Part shown: positions 23,508 through 33,280 of the stretch, in pieces
Numbering within the stretch: position 1 is the first letter of the stretch
Layout: the number at the start of each line of letters is the position of its first letter
DNA from: an uncultured Gemmatimonadales bacterium
GTDB taxonomy: Bacteria > Gemmatimonadota > Gemmatimonadetes > Longimicrobiales > RSA9
Direction of reading: 5' to 3'
Assembly (NCBI GenBank): GCA_963783305.1
Contig: CAWAMW010000015.1
Location: 256,001 to 320,000 of the forward strand
DNA length: 64,000 bases
Translations under genes and position numbers: made by a program
The notes under the pieces: model-generated
What the model was told of the DNA's origin: nothing
The model's input: the letters and a program-made list of their open reading frames with translations, nothing else
The model's database searches: none

Positions 23508-26500
23508 ATGAACCGAGCATGTCTGATGCTCCTGGTGATGGCGGTCGTGCTGCTCTGGACCCCGCTGGACGCGCGGGGTCAGACCGGCACGATCATGGGC
23601 CAGGTGGTCCACGAGACCACGGGCGAGACGATGACCGGTGTGCAGGTACAGGTGCGGGGCACATCGATCGGCGGTCTCACGAACGAGAGTGGGAGATACC
23701 TGCTGAACGGGGTGCCCGCGGGTGAGCACACCGTGGAAGCAGTCTACATCGGGTACGGCACCGCTCGCGAGACGGTGACGGTGGCCGCCGGCGCGACCAG
23801 CACGGTAAATTTCCGGCTGGGGGAGACGGCGCTGGCGGTGGAAGGGATCGTGGTGACGGCGCTCGGGATGGAGCGCCAGGCGCGCACGCTGGGGGTCTCG
23901 ACACAGCAGATCGTGAGCGAGGACCTGACGCGCGCTGAAGTGAACGTGGTGAACTCCCTCTCCGGCAAGGTGGCGGGGGTGAGCATCACGAACTCGGGCC
24001 CGCAGGGGGGCTCGACGCGGATGGTGATCCGGGGTGAGAACTCGGTGACGGGTGACAACCAGCCGCTGTTCGTGGTGGACGGCGTTCCCATGGACAACAG
24101 CGTCGGCGGCCGTCAGGGCGTGCTGGCGGACCAGGGCGGCTTCGACTACGGGAACGCGATCCAGGACCTGAACCCGGACGCGATCCAGTCGATCACGGTG
24201 CTGAAGGGGCCGAACGCCGCGGCGCTGTACGGGTCGCGCGCGGGCAACGGCGTAGTGGTGATCGAGACGAAGAAGGGCCGGAGTATTCCGGGTGGCAAGC
24301 AGGCGGACATCGTCGTCAGCCAGATCGTGACGTTCGAGGACGAGCTGCGGCTGCCGGACTACCAGAACAAGTACGGGCAGGGGTATGCCGGCCAGTTCGC
24401 GTACTACGACGGCTTCGGCAACGGCACGTACGACGACTGGGACGAGAGCTGGGGCCCGCCGCTGGACGCGGGTCTGATGATCCCGCAGTGGAACGGCCCC
24501 ATCGACCCGGAGACGGGCGAGCGGGTGCCGACGCCGTGGGTGTCGCACCCGAGCAACATCGACGACTTCTTCGACGTGGGCACGACACTGACGACGAACG
24601 TGTCCGTGGCGACTGCGACGGACCGGCTGCACGCGCGTGCGGGCTTCAGCCGGACGAACCTGGACGGGATGGTGCCGGGGTTCAAGCTGGAGCGGACGTC
24701 GGTGACGTTCGCGGGCGGGATGGAGGCCACGGACAAGCTGGACATCCAGACGTCGCTGCAGTATGTGACGGCGGACGGCGAGAACCGTCCGGGCGTGGGG
24801 TACGGGGAGGACAACCCCATGAGCCAGTTCATCTGGTTCGGGCGGCAGGTGGACGTGAAGCAGCTGAAGCAGCTGTACGACGTCAACCGTCCGGCGGACG
24901 ACCCCATGGCGGGGCTCCCGTACAGCTGGAACTACTCGTTCCATCCGAACCCGTACTTCCTGCAGCTGGCCAACAGCAACAACGATGGTCGTGATCGCCT
25001 GATCGGGAGCCTCGCGGCGACGTACGCGCCGACGCCGTGGCTGAAGGCGATGGTCCGGGCGGGCACCGACTGGTACCAGGACTCGCGGCTGAAGTCGTAT
25101 GCCTACGCGCCGCAGATCGACTACAGCGGATTCTACACGACCAACCCGACGACGGGCGGTCGGGAGTTCGTGTCGGTCAACGGCGGGTTCGGGGAGTGGG
25201 GGATCGGCTACCAGGAGACGAACACCGAGTTCCTCCTGACGGCCACGCCACAGCTGTCGCTGCCGGTGACCACGACGCTGGTCTTCGGCGGCAACCGCCG
25301 GGACTGGGAGCGGACGAGCGACTACACGTGGGTGGGCGAACTGGCGACACCCGGGATCTTCGACATCTCGAACTCCGCGGGCGCGCCGGACCGCAATACG
25401 CTCTTCCAGCAGAAGCGGGTCAACAGTCTGTACGGCCAGGCGGAGCTCGGCTACCAGGATTATCTGTTCCTGAACCTGACGGGTCGGAACGACTGGTCGT
25501 CCACGCTGCCGGAAGCGAACCGGTCGTACTTCTACCCGTCGGTGAGCGGCAGCCTGGTGTTCTCGGAGCTGCTGCCATCGCTGGACACCCGGATGCTGTC
25601 GTTCGGGAAGCTGCGCGCGAGCTGGGCGCGGGTGGGCAACGACACCAATCCGTACGCGCTGCGGAACACGTTCCTGGCGGACGAGATCTGGGATGGGACG
25701 CCGAGCTTCAGCGTGCCGGGCGTTCTGGCGAACGCTTCGCTCAAGCCGGAGACCACGGAGTCCATCGAGGTGGGGACGGAGCTCGCGTTCCTGAACAACC
25801 GCCTCGGCCTGGACGTGACCTACTACACGCAGGAGACGCGGGACCAGATCATGCCCGTGCAGCTGTCCCGCTCCACCGGCTACACCGGCCGGATCATCAA
25901 CGCGGGAACGGTGGAGAACAAGGGCTGGGAGCTGCTGCTGCGTGGCACGCCGGTGGTGCAGAACGACTTCCGGTGGGAGACCACGTTCACGTGGGCGAAG
26001 AACGACAACAAGGTCGTCTCGCTGGCAGAGGGCGTCGAGGGGCTGGAGATCTCGAACGGCGATTTCTGGGGCGTATCGCTGTACGCGCGCACCGGTGAGC
26101 CGCTCGGCCAGCTGGTGGGCTCGGCGTACCAGCGGGACCCGAACGGGAACATCGTGGTGAGCAAGGGCGTGGGGGTGCCGCTTTGGACGAACGCGCCGCA
26201 GGTGATCGGCAACGTGAACCCCGACTGGCGGGCCGGCTGGTCCAACCAGTTCAGCTACAAGGGCGCTCGCCTCCAGTTCCTGTTCGACATGCGTCAGGGC
26301 GGAGACATCTTCTCCGTCACGAACCTGTTCGGCCGGTACGGGGGGATCCTCGAGGAGACGGTGGCGGGCCGGTGCACACCGGCCGACGCGCTGGAGCCGG
26401 GTGAGCAGCCGCCGGTGGGCTACCCGGTCTGCACCCCGGAGACGGGGATCGTGTTCGATGGCGTGAACCGCGTGATCGGCGAGGATGGGGACACGACGTA

Positions 26501-26819
26501 CGTCCAGAACGAGACGGTGGTGGATGCCACCACGTTCTGGGAGTACGCGTACAACGTCCGCGAAGCGCACCTGGAGGACGCGAGCTACATCAAGCTGCGG
26601 GAGGTGAGCTTCAGCTACGACGTCCCGGAGACGTGGGCGAAACGGGTGCGGATGAGCGGTCTGCAGCTCTCGGTGATCGGTCGCAACCTCTACCTGTGGG
26701 CGGACGCCAAGCACATCGACCCCGAGACATCGCTCGAAGGGTCCAACGTGCAGGGGTTCGAGTACGGGCAGATGCCGAGCACGCGCAGCATCGGCTTCAA
26801 CATCACCGTACGGCCGTAA
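23508..26819 (+). CDS. SusC/RagA TonB-dependent outer membrane transporter
   Basis: PLFVVDG, VLKGPNAAALYGSRAGNGVVVIETKKG, DASYIKLREV. Confidence 0.95.
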   Translation: MNRACLMLLVMAVVLLWTPLDARGQTGTIMGQVVHETTGETMTGVQVQVRGTSIGGLTNESGRYLLNGVPAGEHTVEAVYIGYGTARETVTVAAGATSTVNFRLGETALAVEGIVVTALGMERQARTLGVSTQQIVSEDLTRAEVNVVNSLSGKVAGVSITNSGPQGGSTRMVIRGENSVTGDNQPLFVVDGVPMDNSVGGRQGVLADQGGFDYGNAIQDLNPDAIQSITVLKGPNAAALYGSRAGNGVVVIETKKGRSIPGGKQADIVVSQIVTFEDELRLPDYQNKYGQGYAGQFAYYDGFGNGTYDDWDESWGPPLDAGLMIPQWNGPIDPETGERVPTPWVSHPSNIDDFFDVGTTLTTNVSVATATDRLHARAGFSRTNLDGMVPGFKLERTSVTFAGGMEATDKLDIQTSLQYVTADGENRPGVGYGEDNPMSQFIWFGRQVDVKQLKQLYDVNRPADDPMAGLPYSWNYSFHPNPYFLQLANSNNDGRDRLIGSLAATYAPTPWLKAMVRAGTDWYQDSRLKSYAYAPQIDYSGFYTTNPTTGGREFVSVNGGFGEWGIGYQETNTEFLLTATPQLSLPVTTTLVFGGNRRDWERTSDYTWVGELATPGIFDISNSAGAPDRNTLFQQKRVNSLYGQAELGYQDYLFLNLTGRNDWSSTLPEANRSYFYPSVSGSLVFSELLPSLDTRMLSFGKLRASWARVGNDTNPYALRNTFLADEIWDGTPSFSVPGVLANASLKPETTESIEVGTELAFLNNRLGLDVTYYTQETRDQIMPVQLSRSTGYTGRIINAGTVENKGWELLLRGTPVVQNDFRWETTFTWAKNDNKVVSLAEGVEGLEISNGDFWGVSLYARTGEPLGQLVGSAYQRDPNGNIVVSKGVGVPLWTNAPQVIGNVNPDWRAGWSNQFSYKGARLQFLFDMRQGGDIFSVTNLFGRYGGILEETVAGRCTPADALEPGEQPPVGYPVCTPETGIVFDGVNRVIGEDGDTTYVQNETVVDATTFWEYAYNVREAHLEDASYIKLREVSFSYDVPETWAKRVRMSGLQLSVIGRNLYLWADAKHIDPETSLEGSNVQGFEYGQMPSTRSIGFNITVRP

Positions 26820-26840
26820 CGGCGAAAGGACGATACACAC

Positions 26841-28295
26841 ATGAGATCGATGAGGAGTGTCCTGGCCGTTTCCGTACTGGGCCTGATGGTGGGGCTCGGC
26901 GCGTGTGAGGACGGCCTGACGGAGATCAATCAGAACCCGAACGCACCGGAAGACGTGCCCGTGGCGAACGTGCTGATGGGCGGCATCTGGGACGTGACGG
27001 CGAACGCGGGCAACCGCGGCGCCTTCGGGCAGTGGACTCAGCTGTACCACGGCGAGAACTGGGCGCAGCACGTCGCCCAGCCGGTGTACAACGACGAGGA
27101 CCGCTACACGCCCCGCAGCGGCGTGGTCCCGGTGATCTGGGACGAGATGTACACCGCGCTCACGGACCTCAAGCACGTGAAGACCGTGGCAGCCGCGGAT
27201 GCGGATGACGACATGTGGGCGGTGGCCGAGATCATGACCGTGTACGGCTTCATGATCCTCACCGACTACTACGGCGACATCCCGTACACGGAGGCGCTGC
27301 GGCTGGACGAGGACATCGCGTTCCCGGCGTACACCCCGCAGTCGGAGATCTATCCGGACATGATCAGCCGGCTGGAGGCGGCGGGCGCAAAGCTCGACCC
27401 GGGCGCCAGCGTCGGGTGGGGGTGGGCCGACCCCATCTACCACGGTGAGCTGCAGGGCTGGCGGGAGTTCGCCAACTCGCTGCGACTCCGGCTGGCCATG
27501 CGGATGTCCAACACGTCGCTGAGCGCACAGGCCGCCCAGGAGTTCCAGGCGGCATGGGGCGCCGACATCTTCGACGACGTGGCGGACGCGGCCGACGTGG
27601 AGTGGTCCTCCGCGCAGCCGGCGCAGAACCCGCTGTACGAGGGGATCGTGCTGGCCGGACGGACGGGCGACTTCAGGCTCAGCAGCTCGCTGGTGACGGT
27701 GCTGCAGGACCTGAACGACCCGCGGCTTGCCGTGTACGCGGAGCCCACCGTCTCCGACGGCGTGTACCGCGGCCTCAGGAACGGGTCGGTCCCGGCCGAT
27801 TATACGTTCGGCGAACGCCCGGGGGGAGCGAGCGACTTCTCGACGATCGGCAGCGCATTCCTGCAGCCGACGTCGCCGTCCACGCTCATGTCGTACTCCG
27901 AGGTGCTGCTGCTGGGCGCCGAGGCCGCCGAGCGCGGCTGGATCGGTGGCGGCGCCGCCGACCTGTACGCCAGCGGGATCGAGGCGTCCATGGAGGAGCT
28001 GGGGATCGAGCCGTCGGCGATCGATGCGTACCTGGCGCAGCCCGAGGTCGCCTACACCGGCCTGGACGACATCTGGCTGCAGAAGTGGCTCACGCTGTAC
28101 ATGGCGGGACCCGAGGCCTTCTCCGAGCTGCGACGAGTCGGCTGGCTGGACCTGGTCCCCGCCGTCGGCTCGACGCTGCCCGCCGGCATGTTCCCGGCGC
28201 GGCTGTACTACCCGCCGGAGGAGGCGCTGTACAACCAGGCCAACTACCCGGGGGATATGCCGATCGAGTTGCCGATTTGGTGGATGGGAAGCTGA
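26841..28295 (+). CDS. SusD/RagB lipoprotein
   Basis: Lipobox LGAC, INQNPN, DYYGDIPY, FANSLRLRLAMR, DPRL, QKW. Confidence 0.92.
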   Translation: MRSMRSVLAVSVLGLMVGLGACEDGLTEINQNPNAPEDVPVANVLMGGIWDVTANAGNRGAFGQWTQLYHGENWAQHVAQPVYNDEDRYTPRSGVVPVIWDEMYTALTDLKHVKTVAAADADDDMWAVAEIMTVYGFMILTDYYGDIPYTEALRLDEDIAFPAYTPQSEIYPDMISRLEAAGAKLDPGASVGWGWADPIYHGELQGWREFANSLRLRLAMRMSNTSLSAQAAQEFQAAWGADIFDDVADAADVEWSSAQPAQNPLYEGIVLAGRTGDFRLSSSLVTVLQDLNDPRLAVYAEPTVSDGVYRGLRNGSVPADYTFGERPGGASDFSTIGSAFLQPTSPSTLMSYSEVLLLGAEAAERGWIGGGAADLYASGIEASMEELGIEPSAIDAYLAQPEVAYTGLDDIWLQKWLTLYMAGPEAFSELRRVGWLDLVPAVGSTLPAGMFPARLYYPPEEALYNQANYPGDMPIELPIWWMGS

Positions 28296-28302
28296 GGGAG
28301 TG

Positions 28303-28380
28303 AGGAGGCAGGAGTAGGAGTAGGAGGCAGGAGTAGGAGTAGGAGTAGGAGTAGGAGTAGGAGTAGGAGGCAGGAGGCGG
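28303..28380. repeat. (GGAGTA)n / GGAGGCA microsatellite
   Basis: Purine-rich hexamer run just after the susD stop. Confidence 0.85.
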
Positions 28381-28527
28381 GGGGCCGGTGCGTCTCCTGC
28401 CTCCTGGCTGTTTGGGGAGGACGCGTCCGTCGGGCGGGTTGCGGGGGCGGGCGCGGCGGGCGCAACTTGAGAGACGGCCTGCAGTACCGGAGCCCAGACC
28501 CCCTCTGGCAGTTGCCCCGGAGCGCCC

Positions 28528-29274
28528 ATGCCACTCGTACGTCTTCTCGGACCGGTTCTGTTAGCGCTGGCTCCCTTCTGCACGACCCGCGCGGTGCCCC
28601 TCGTCGGCCAGGAGCCCGGCCGGGTTCTGGGCACGGTCGTCGACGCGGCGAGTGGCCAGGGAGTCCCGGACGTGCAGGTGCGGCTTCTGGAGCCGGTGAA
28701 CGCGACGGTGATAACCAACGGCGAGGGCCGCTTCCTGTTTACGAGGGTGCCGGCCGGAATCCACGAGCTGGAGGTGACCCACATCGCGTACGGTAGCCGA
28801 ACGGAGCTGGTGAACATCCCCGCCAACCGCACCGTGGAGGTCAGGGTGGAGATGGTGCAGGAAGCCATTGACGTGGGCGCGGTCCGGGTCCAGGTCTCCA
28901 TCCGCGAGCCCGGCCTCGAGCGCAGGGGGTACTACGAACGGATCGATTTCGGGTTCGGCCGGTTCTTCGACGAGAAAGACCTCTCCAGACGGTCCCTGCA
29001 GAGCGCGCTCCGGGAAGTGCCCCGGCTCCGGCTGGCGGGCTCGGGCTTCACGTACACCCCGGTGTTCATGCGCGGCTCCCGGTGGTGCAGGCCTGTCATC
29101 TGGGTCGACCACCGCATGATCCGCCTCCAGGGAGCGGGCTTCGAGGAGATGGTCGATCCGTACAACATCGCCGCCATGGAAGTCTATCGCCCCGGCGAGA
29201 CGCCCGGCGAGTTCATGGAGCTGACCCAGGACTGCGGCGCCATCGTCATCTGGACCTACACGAACACTCGTTAA
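28528..29274 (+). CDS. CarboxypepD_reg-like + plug-like domain protein
   Basis: GTVVDAASG, TNGEGRF, AMEVY, CGAIVIWT. Confidence 0.7.
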   Translation: MPLVRLLGPVLLALAPFCTTRAVPLVGQEPGRVLGTVVDAASGQGVPDVQVRLLEPVNATVITNGEGRFLFTRVPAGIHELEVTHIAYGSRTELVNIPANRTVEVRVEMVQEAIDVGAVRVQVSIREPGLERRGYYERIDFGFGRFFDEKDLSRRSLQSALREVPRLRLAGSGFTYTPVFMRGSRWCRPVIWVDHRMIRLQGAGFEEMVDPYNIAAMEVYRPGETPGEFMELTQDCGAIVIWTYTNTR

Positions 29275-32129
29275 CTCCCCGGCGCCGCCTTCCCCTCCTC
29301 CTGCTCCAGGTATGGAACGCCCGTGCTCATCCAGGCGGCCGCGGGCTCGCCCTTGAGGTAGTGGCCGAACCACTCGTTGATGCGGCGGTGGTAGTCGACC
29401 TGGTTCGGCTTCTTCGACAGCCCGTGGTTCTCGCCCTCGTAGACCAGCAGGACCATCTCCTTCCCCGCCCTGCGCGCGGCGTTGTAGAAGACGATGCCCT
29501 GGTCCCAGTCCACGGCGCCATCCTGGTCGCCGAACGCCACGAGCATGGGGGTGTTCAGGGTCTCGATGTGGTGGACGGGGGAGTTGGCCTGGTAGCTCGC
29601 CAGGTCCTCCCACGGCGGGACCTCCATGCGGCCCTGGCTGATCTCGAAGATGCGCGCGTCGGTGCCACCGACGTTCCAGTAGATGGACAGGTACATGCTG
29701 GTGAGCTCCGTGAGCGGCGCGCCCGCCACGGCCGCGGCGAAGATATCGGTCTGCGTGGGCACGAACGCGGTCTGGTACCCGCCCCACGAGTGCCCGATGA
29801 GCCCCACGCGCTCGGGATCCACCATGCCGGTGGCCACCGCGGCCTCCACCGCCGGCACCAGCGCCTCCACCGCCGACAGCCCCGGGTTCCGCGGCCGGTA
29901 CACGATGTCCGGCTGGAAGACGAAGTAGCCCTGGCTCGTCCACACGGCCGGGTTGTACTCCGACTCCTCGTCGGGGACGTAGTAGGTGTGGACGGTGGGG
30001 GAGCGGGTCTCGTAGATGTACGTGATCATGGGGTAGCGACGACCGGGCTCGTAGTCGGCCGGGTAGAAGAGCGCGCCCTGCAGCCGCTTCCCCCACTCGT
30101 TCTCGAACTCGATCAGCTCCGATCGGCCCCAGGTGTAGTCGCCCTGGAACGCGTTGCTGGCGGTCACCTGCCGACCCGAGCCCACCCGGCCGGTGGAGAC
30201 GAAGTAGTCGGGCGAGTCGTCGAAGTCCTGGACCATCCACGCGAAGACGTCCGCGTCCTCGGCCTTCGACAGCCGCGTCACCGACGCGTCCAGCCAGATC
30301 CGGCGCTCCGGCGCGCGGTCCAGCCGGCTCGCCACCCCGTAGCCGTTCCGCTTGCTCCACTCCCCCGTGAGGTTCCAGTACACGGGCGCGTCACGGTCGA
30401 TGGCCTCCTGGCCGTCCGTCCAGCCGACGCGATTGTAGCGGTGGATCACGCGGTCGGCCCGCCCATCCGTGAGCCGCCGTCCGCCGGAGCCGTCGGGGCG
30501 CACCTCCCAGGCGTCGTAGCGGTCGTGGAGCACCACGCTCCGGTCGCCCTCCGTCCAGCCGGCGTAGCGGAAGGGCGGCTTCTGCTCCACCGTGTGGTCG
30601 TCCGCGGTGTCCACGAAGACGGTGGGGAGCCCGCTGGTGAGGTCGATGGTGCGGTCGTCGCGGATGCTGTAGACCCGGTACTGGTCGTCCTCCAGGTAGA
30701 GCAGGTAGCGGCCGGCGGGTGACGCGCCGAAGAAGTGCTCGATCCGCTCCAGCACCTTCCGCCGCTCGCCCGTGCGCGTGTCGATCAGGTACGCGTCCTG
30801 GTACTCCGGCCCGAACATCCGCTCCTGGTCGTACGGCGCGCCGTCGAGCCCGAGCACGTACCGGTCGCCGTGGATCCGCTGCGCGCCGCGCTCGTAGTCG
30901 CCGCCCAGCCGGACGAACCGGTCGCCGTCCATGTGCCAGACGGCCAGCTCGTTCCGATCCCGGTCCATGCTCGCGGTCATCTTCTGCCGCGGGATGATGT
31001 CCACGTCCCGCGAGTGCCACACCTCGACGCCGGCCTCCGCCTCCTCGTCCGATGCCGAGTCCGCGGCCGGCTCGTCCCCCGCGGAGTCCGGCGCCTCCGT
31101 CGGCTCCCACGCCTGGATCCCGAAGAACACCGACCGCCCGTCGTCCGAGAACTCCGGCGCCCGGTGCGCCACGATCCGCGTGTCCGCCGGGAACCCGTCG
31201 TGCTCCCCCGGCTCGAACGCCCGCCTCTCGGCGCGCCCCGACACGTCCCGCCACGTCAGCACCGCGTGGCTCTTCTCCTCCCGGTCCTCGTCCTCGATCA
31301 CGCGCATCACCAGCAGGTCGTCGGCGTCCTCGCGCCAGCGCAGCTCCGTGTAATCGGCCGCCCGCGACTCCAGCACCCGGATCGCCCCCGACCGCGGGTC
31401 CCACACCCGCACGCCGTTGCCCGCGTTCCCGGCGGCATCCACGGTCATCGCCAGGAGCCGCCCATCGTCCTGCCACGCGAACTCGCCCACGTTGCCGAAG
31501 TTGACGTCGGTGCCCGTGGCCAGATCCCGCACCACCAGGTCCGCGCCGAACTCGTCCTCACCCTTCGCGTCGCCCACCGGGTAGCGCCGCATGGCCAGCC
31601 AGCGGCTGTCATCGCTGAACGCGAACGACGAGACGCCCGGAACCAGCGCCGTGTCGCCCCGGACCAGGTCCAACATTCCAAGTTTGCTCCGCGGCGAGTC
31701 CTTCGACTGCCGCAGCCGCTCCACCTCGTCGTCCGGGTACCAGATGGAGTAGGCGACCCACCGGCCGTCGCCGGAGAACGTGGCCCGCGAACCGTACGGG
31801 ATCACCACCACCGAGTCCGACGCCACGCGGTGGATCCGCAGCTCGTCCTCGTCGTTGACACGGGCGACTTCCACGGTCAGCCACTCGCCGTCGGGCGACA
31901 GCCGGTCGTTCTCCAGCCGCTCCCACTGCCCGTAGGCGTCCGGGGTGAGCGGGCGCGGCAGCGTGTCGGGGACGGGTACGGCCGAGTCGGCGACGGCCTC
32001 GCCGATGGGGTCACCGGCCGGCTGCTCCACGGGGTCCTCCTGCGCCACCACGGGCACCGCCGCGCCGAGCACAGCGAGCACGATGAGCACACACGCCCCG
32101 GCCACCTTCTCGAACTTTGCTGACTTCAT
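29271..32129 (-). CDS. S9 family secreted peptidase
   Basis: GHSWGG nucleophile, GDQDGAV, ENHGL; signal peptide. Confidence 0.92.
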   Translation of the reverse strand: MKSAKFEKVAGACVLIVLAVLGAAVPVVAQEDPVEQPAGDPIGEAVADSAVPVPDTLPRPLTPDAYGQWERLENDRLSPDGEWLTVEVARVNDEDELRIHRVASDSVVVIPYGSRATFSGDGRWVAYSIWYPDDEVERLRQSKDSPRSKLGMLDLVRGDTALVPGVSSFAFSDDSRWLAMRRYPVGDAKGEDEFGADLVVRDLATGTDVNFGNVGEFAWQDDGRLLAMTVDAAGNAGNGVRVWDPRSGAIRVLESRAADYTELRWREDADDLLVMRVIEDEDREEKSHAVLTWRDVSGRAERRAFEPGEHDGFPADTRIVAHRAPEFSDDGRSVFFGIQAWEPTEAPDSAGDEPAADSASDEEAEAGVEVWHSRDVDIIPRQKMTASMDRDRNELAVWHMDGDRFVRLGGDYERGAQRIHGDRYVLGLDGAPYDQERMFGPEYQDAYLIDTRTGERRKVLERIEHFFGASPAGRYLLYLEDDQYRVYSIRDDRTIDLTSGLPTVFVDTADDHTVEQKPPFRYAGWTEGDRSVVLHDRYDAWEVRPDGSGGRRLTDGRADRVIHRYNRVGWTDGQEAIDRDAPVYWNLTGEWSKRNGYGVASRLDRAPERRIWLDASVTRLSKAEDADVFAWMVQDFDDSPDYFVSTGRVGSGRQVTASNAFQGDYTWGRSELIEFENEWGKRLQGALFYPADYEPGRRYPMITYIYETRSPTVHTYYVPDEESEYNPAVWTSQGYFVFQPDIVYRPRNPGLSAVEALVPAVEAAVATGMVDPERVGLIGHSWGGYQTAFVPTQTDIFAAAVAGAPLTELTSMYLSIYWNVGGTDARIFEISQGRMEVPPWEDLASYQANSPVHHIETLNTPMLVAFGDQDGAVDWDQGIVFYNAARRAGKEMVLLVYEGENHGLSKKPNQVDYHRRINEWFGHYLKGEPAAAWMSTGVPYLEQEEGKAAPGS

Positions 32130-33094
32130 CCCGCCTCCTCGTTCGTGTCGCGCTCGTGGGCGCCGTACTCCACCGACCGGCGCGGCGTCTCGTCCACCGT
32201 GAGCCGGAAGACGTCCGGCCTGGCGTAGTGTCCCGTCACGTCGAAATCGAACTTCCCGCGGACGATCTCGCCCATGTCCAGATCGGCCACCAGGATCCCC
32301 GACTCCTCCCAGAGCGGACCGGCCAGGCAGTCGCCGAGGGGGCCGTAGATGGCGCTCCCGCCGCGGCAGAGCAGCTCCGGCCACTTCTCCAGCTCGTGGG
32401 CGAGCTCCAGGTCGTCCGGGTAGTCGCTCCGACGCACGTACTGGTTGGAGCCCAGGACGAAGCAGCGGCCCTCGAGGGCGATGTGCCGGAGCGTCGCCTG
32501 CCAGCCGTCGCGGGCGTCGGCCGTGGGCGCCAGGTACAGCTCCACGCCCTTTCCGTAGAGCGCCGCGCGGGCCAGCGGCATGTAGTTCTCCCAGCAGATC
32601 AGCCCGCCCATGCGACCCAGCTCCGTCCCGATCACCGGCAGCGTGCTCCCGTCCCCCTCGCCCCAGATCAATCGCTCCGACGCCGTGGGCTTCAGCTTCC
32701 GGTGCTTCCCCAGCAGCTCACCGTCCGGGCTGAAATACAGCAGCGTGCAGTAGAGCGTTCCCCGCGACGAGTCGGTGTCGCGCTCGATGACGCCGCCGGC
32801 CAGGTAGACGCCGGCGCTGCGGGCGATGGCGCCCAGACGGTCGGTGTACGGGCCAGGCACGTCAATGGCGCCTCGCCAGTAGCGCTCCCAGCCGCGACGG
32901 CCTTCCGGCAGCCGGCCGCCCACGGCCGCGCCAAAGGCGAGGCCCCAGGGGTAGCCGCCGATGAAGGCCTCCGGGAAGAGGACGAGCTGCGCCCCCTGGG
33001 CCGCGGCGTCGGCGGTCATGGTGGCGACGGTGTCGATGGCGGCGTCGGGGTCGAAGAACGCGGGCTCGGGCTGGAGCACTGCTACGCGTGTCAT
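32126..33094 (-). CDS. Nitrilase (carbon-nitrogen hydrolase)
   Basis: E-K-C triad: FPEAF, HRKLKPT, ICWEN; GHYARPD. Confidence 0.93.
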   Translation of the reverse strand: MTRVAVLQPEPAFFDPDAAIDTVATMTADAAAQGAQLVLFPEAFIGGYPWGLAFGAAVGGRLPEGRRGWERYWRGAIDVPGPYTDRLGAIARSAGVYLAGGVIERDTDSSRGTLYCTLLYFSPDGELLGKHRKLKPTASERLIWGEGDGSTLPVIGTELGRMGGLICWENYMPLARAALYGKGVELYLAPTADARDGWQATLRHIALEGRCFVLGSNQYVRRSDYPDDLELAHELEKWPELLCRGGSAIYGPLGDCLAGPLWEESGILVADLDMGEIVRGKFDFDVTGHYARPDVFRLTVDETPRRSVEYGAHERDTNEEAG

Positions 33095-33133
33095 TCGGAG
33101 GCTCCGGGGGTGATCCGACCTTCTGAACAGCTT

Positions 33134-33229
33134 TGACACGAAGGGAACGAAGACAACGAAGAACTCGAAGTATTCAGGTCGAAATCTCTGTTCTTCGTGT
33201 ACTTCGACCTCTTCGTGAGCTTCGTGTCA
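33134..33229. repeat. Intergenic imperfect palindrome with 9-bp periodicity
   Basis: 4x CGAAG then 4x CTTCG, ends TGACACGAAG/CTTCGTGTCA. Confidence 0.8.
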
Positions 33230-33280
33230 CGAATTTGTTTTTTGTTTGCGCGTCCTCCGGCCGCTCGCGTCATCTCCGGA

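Noticed and set aside
23292..28901. 1869-aa minus-strand ORF and other long antisense ORFs (7489-10206, 4159-6270)
   Set aside because: High-GC shadows of well-supported genes, with no recognisable motifs.
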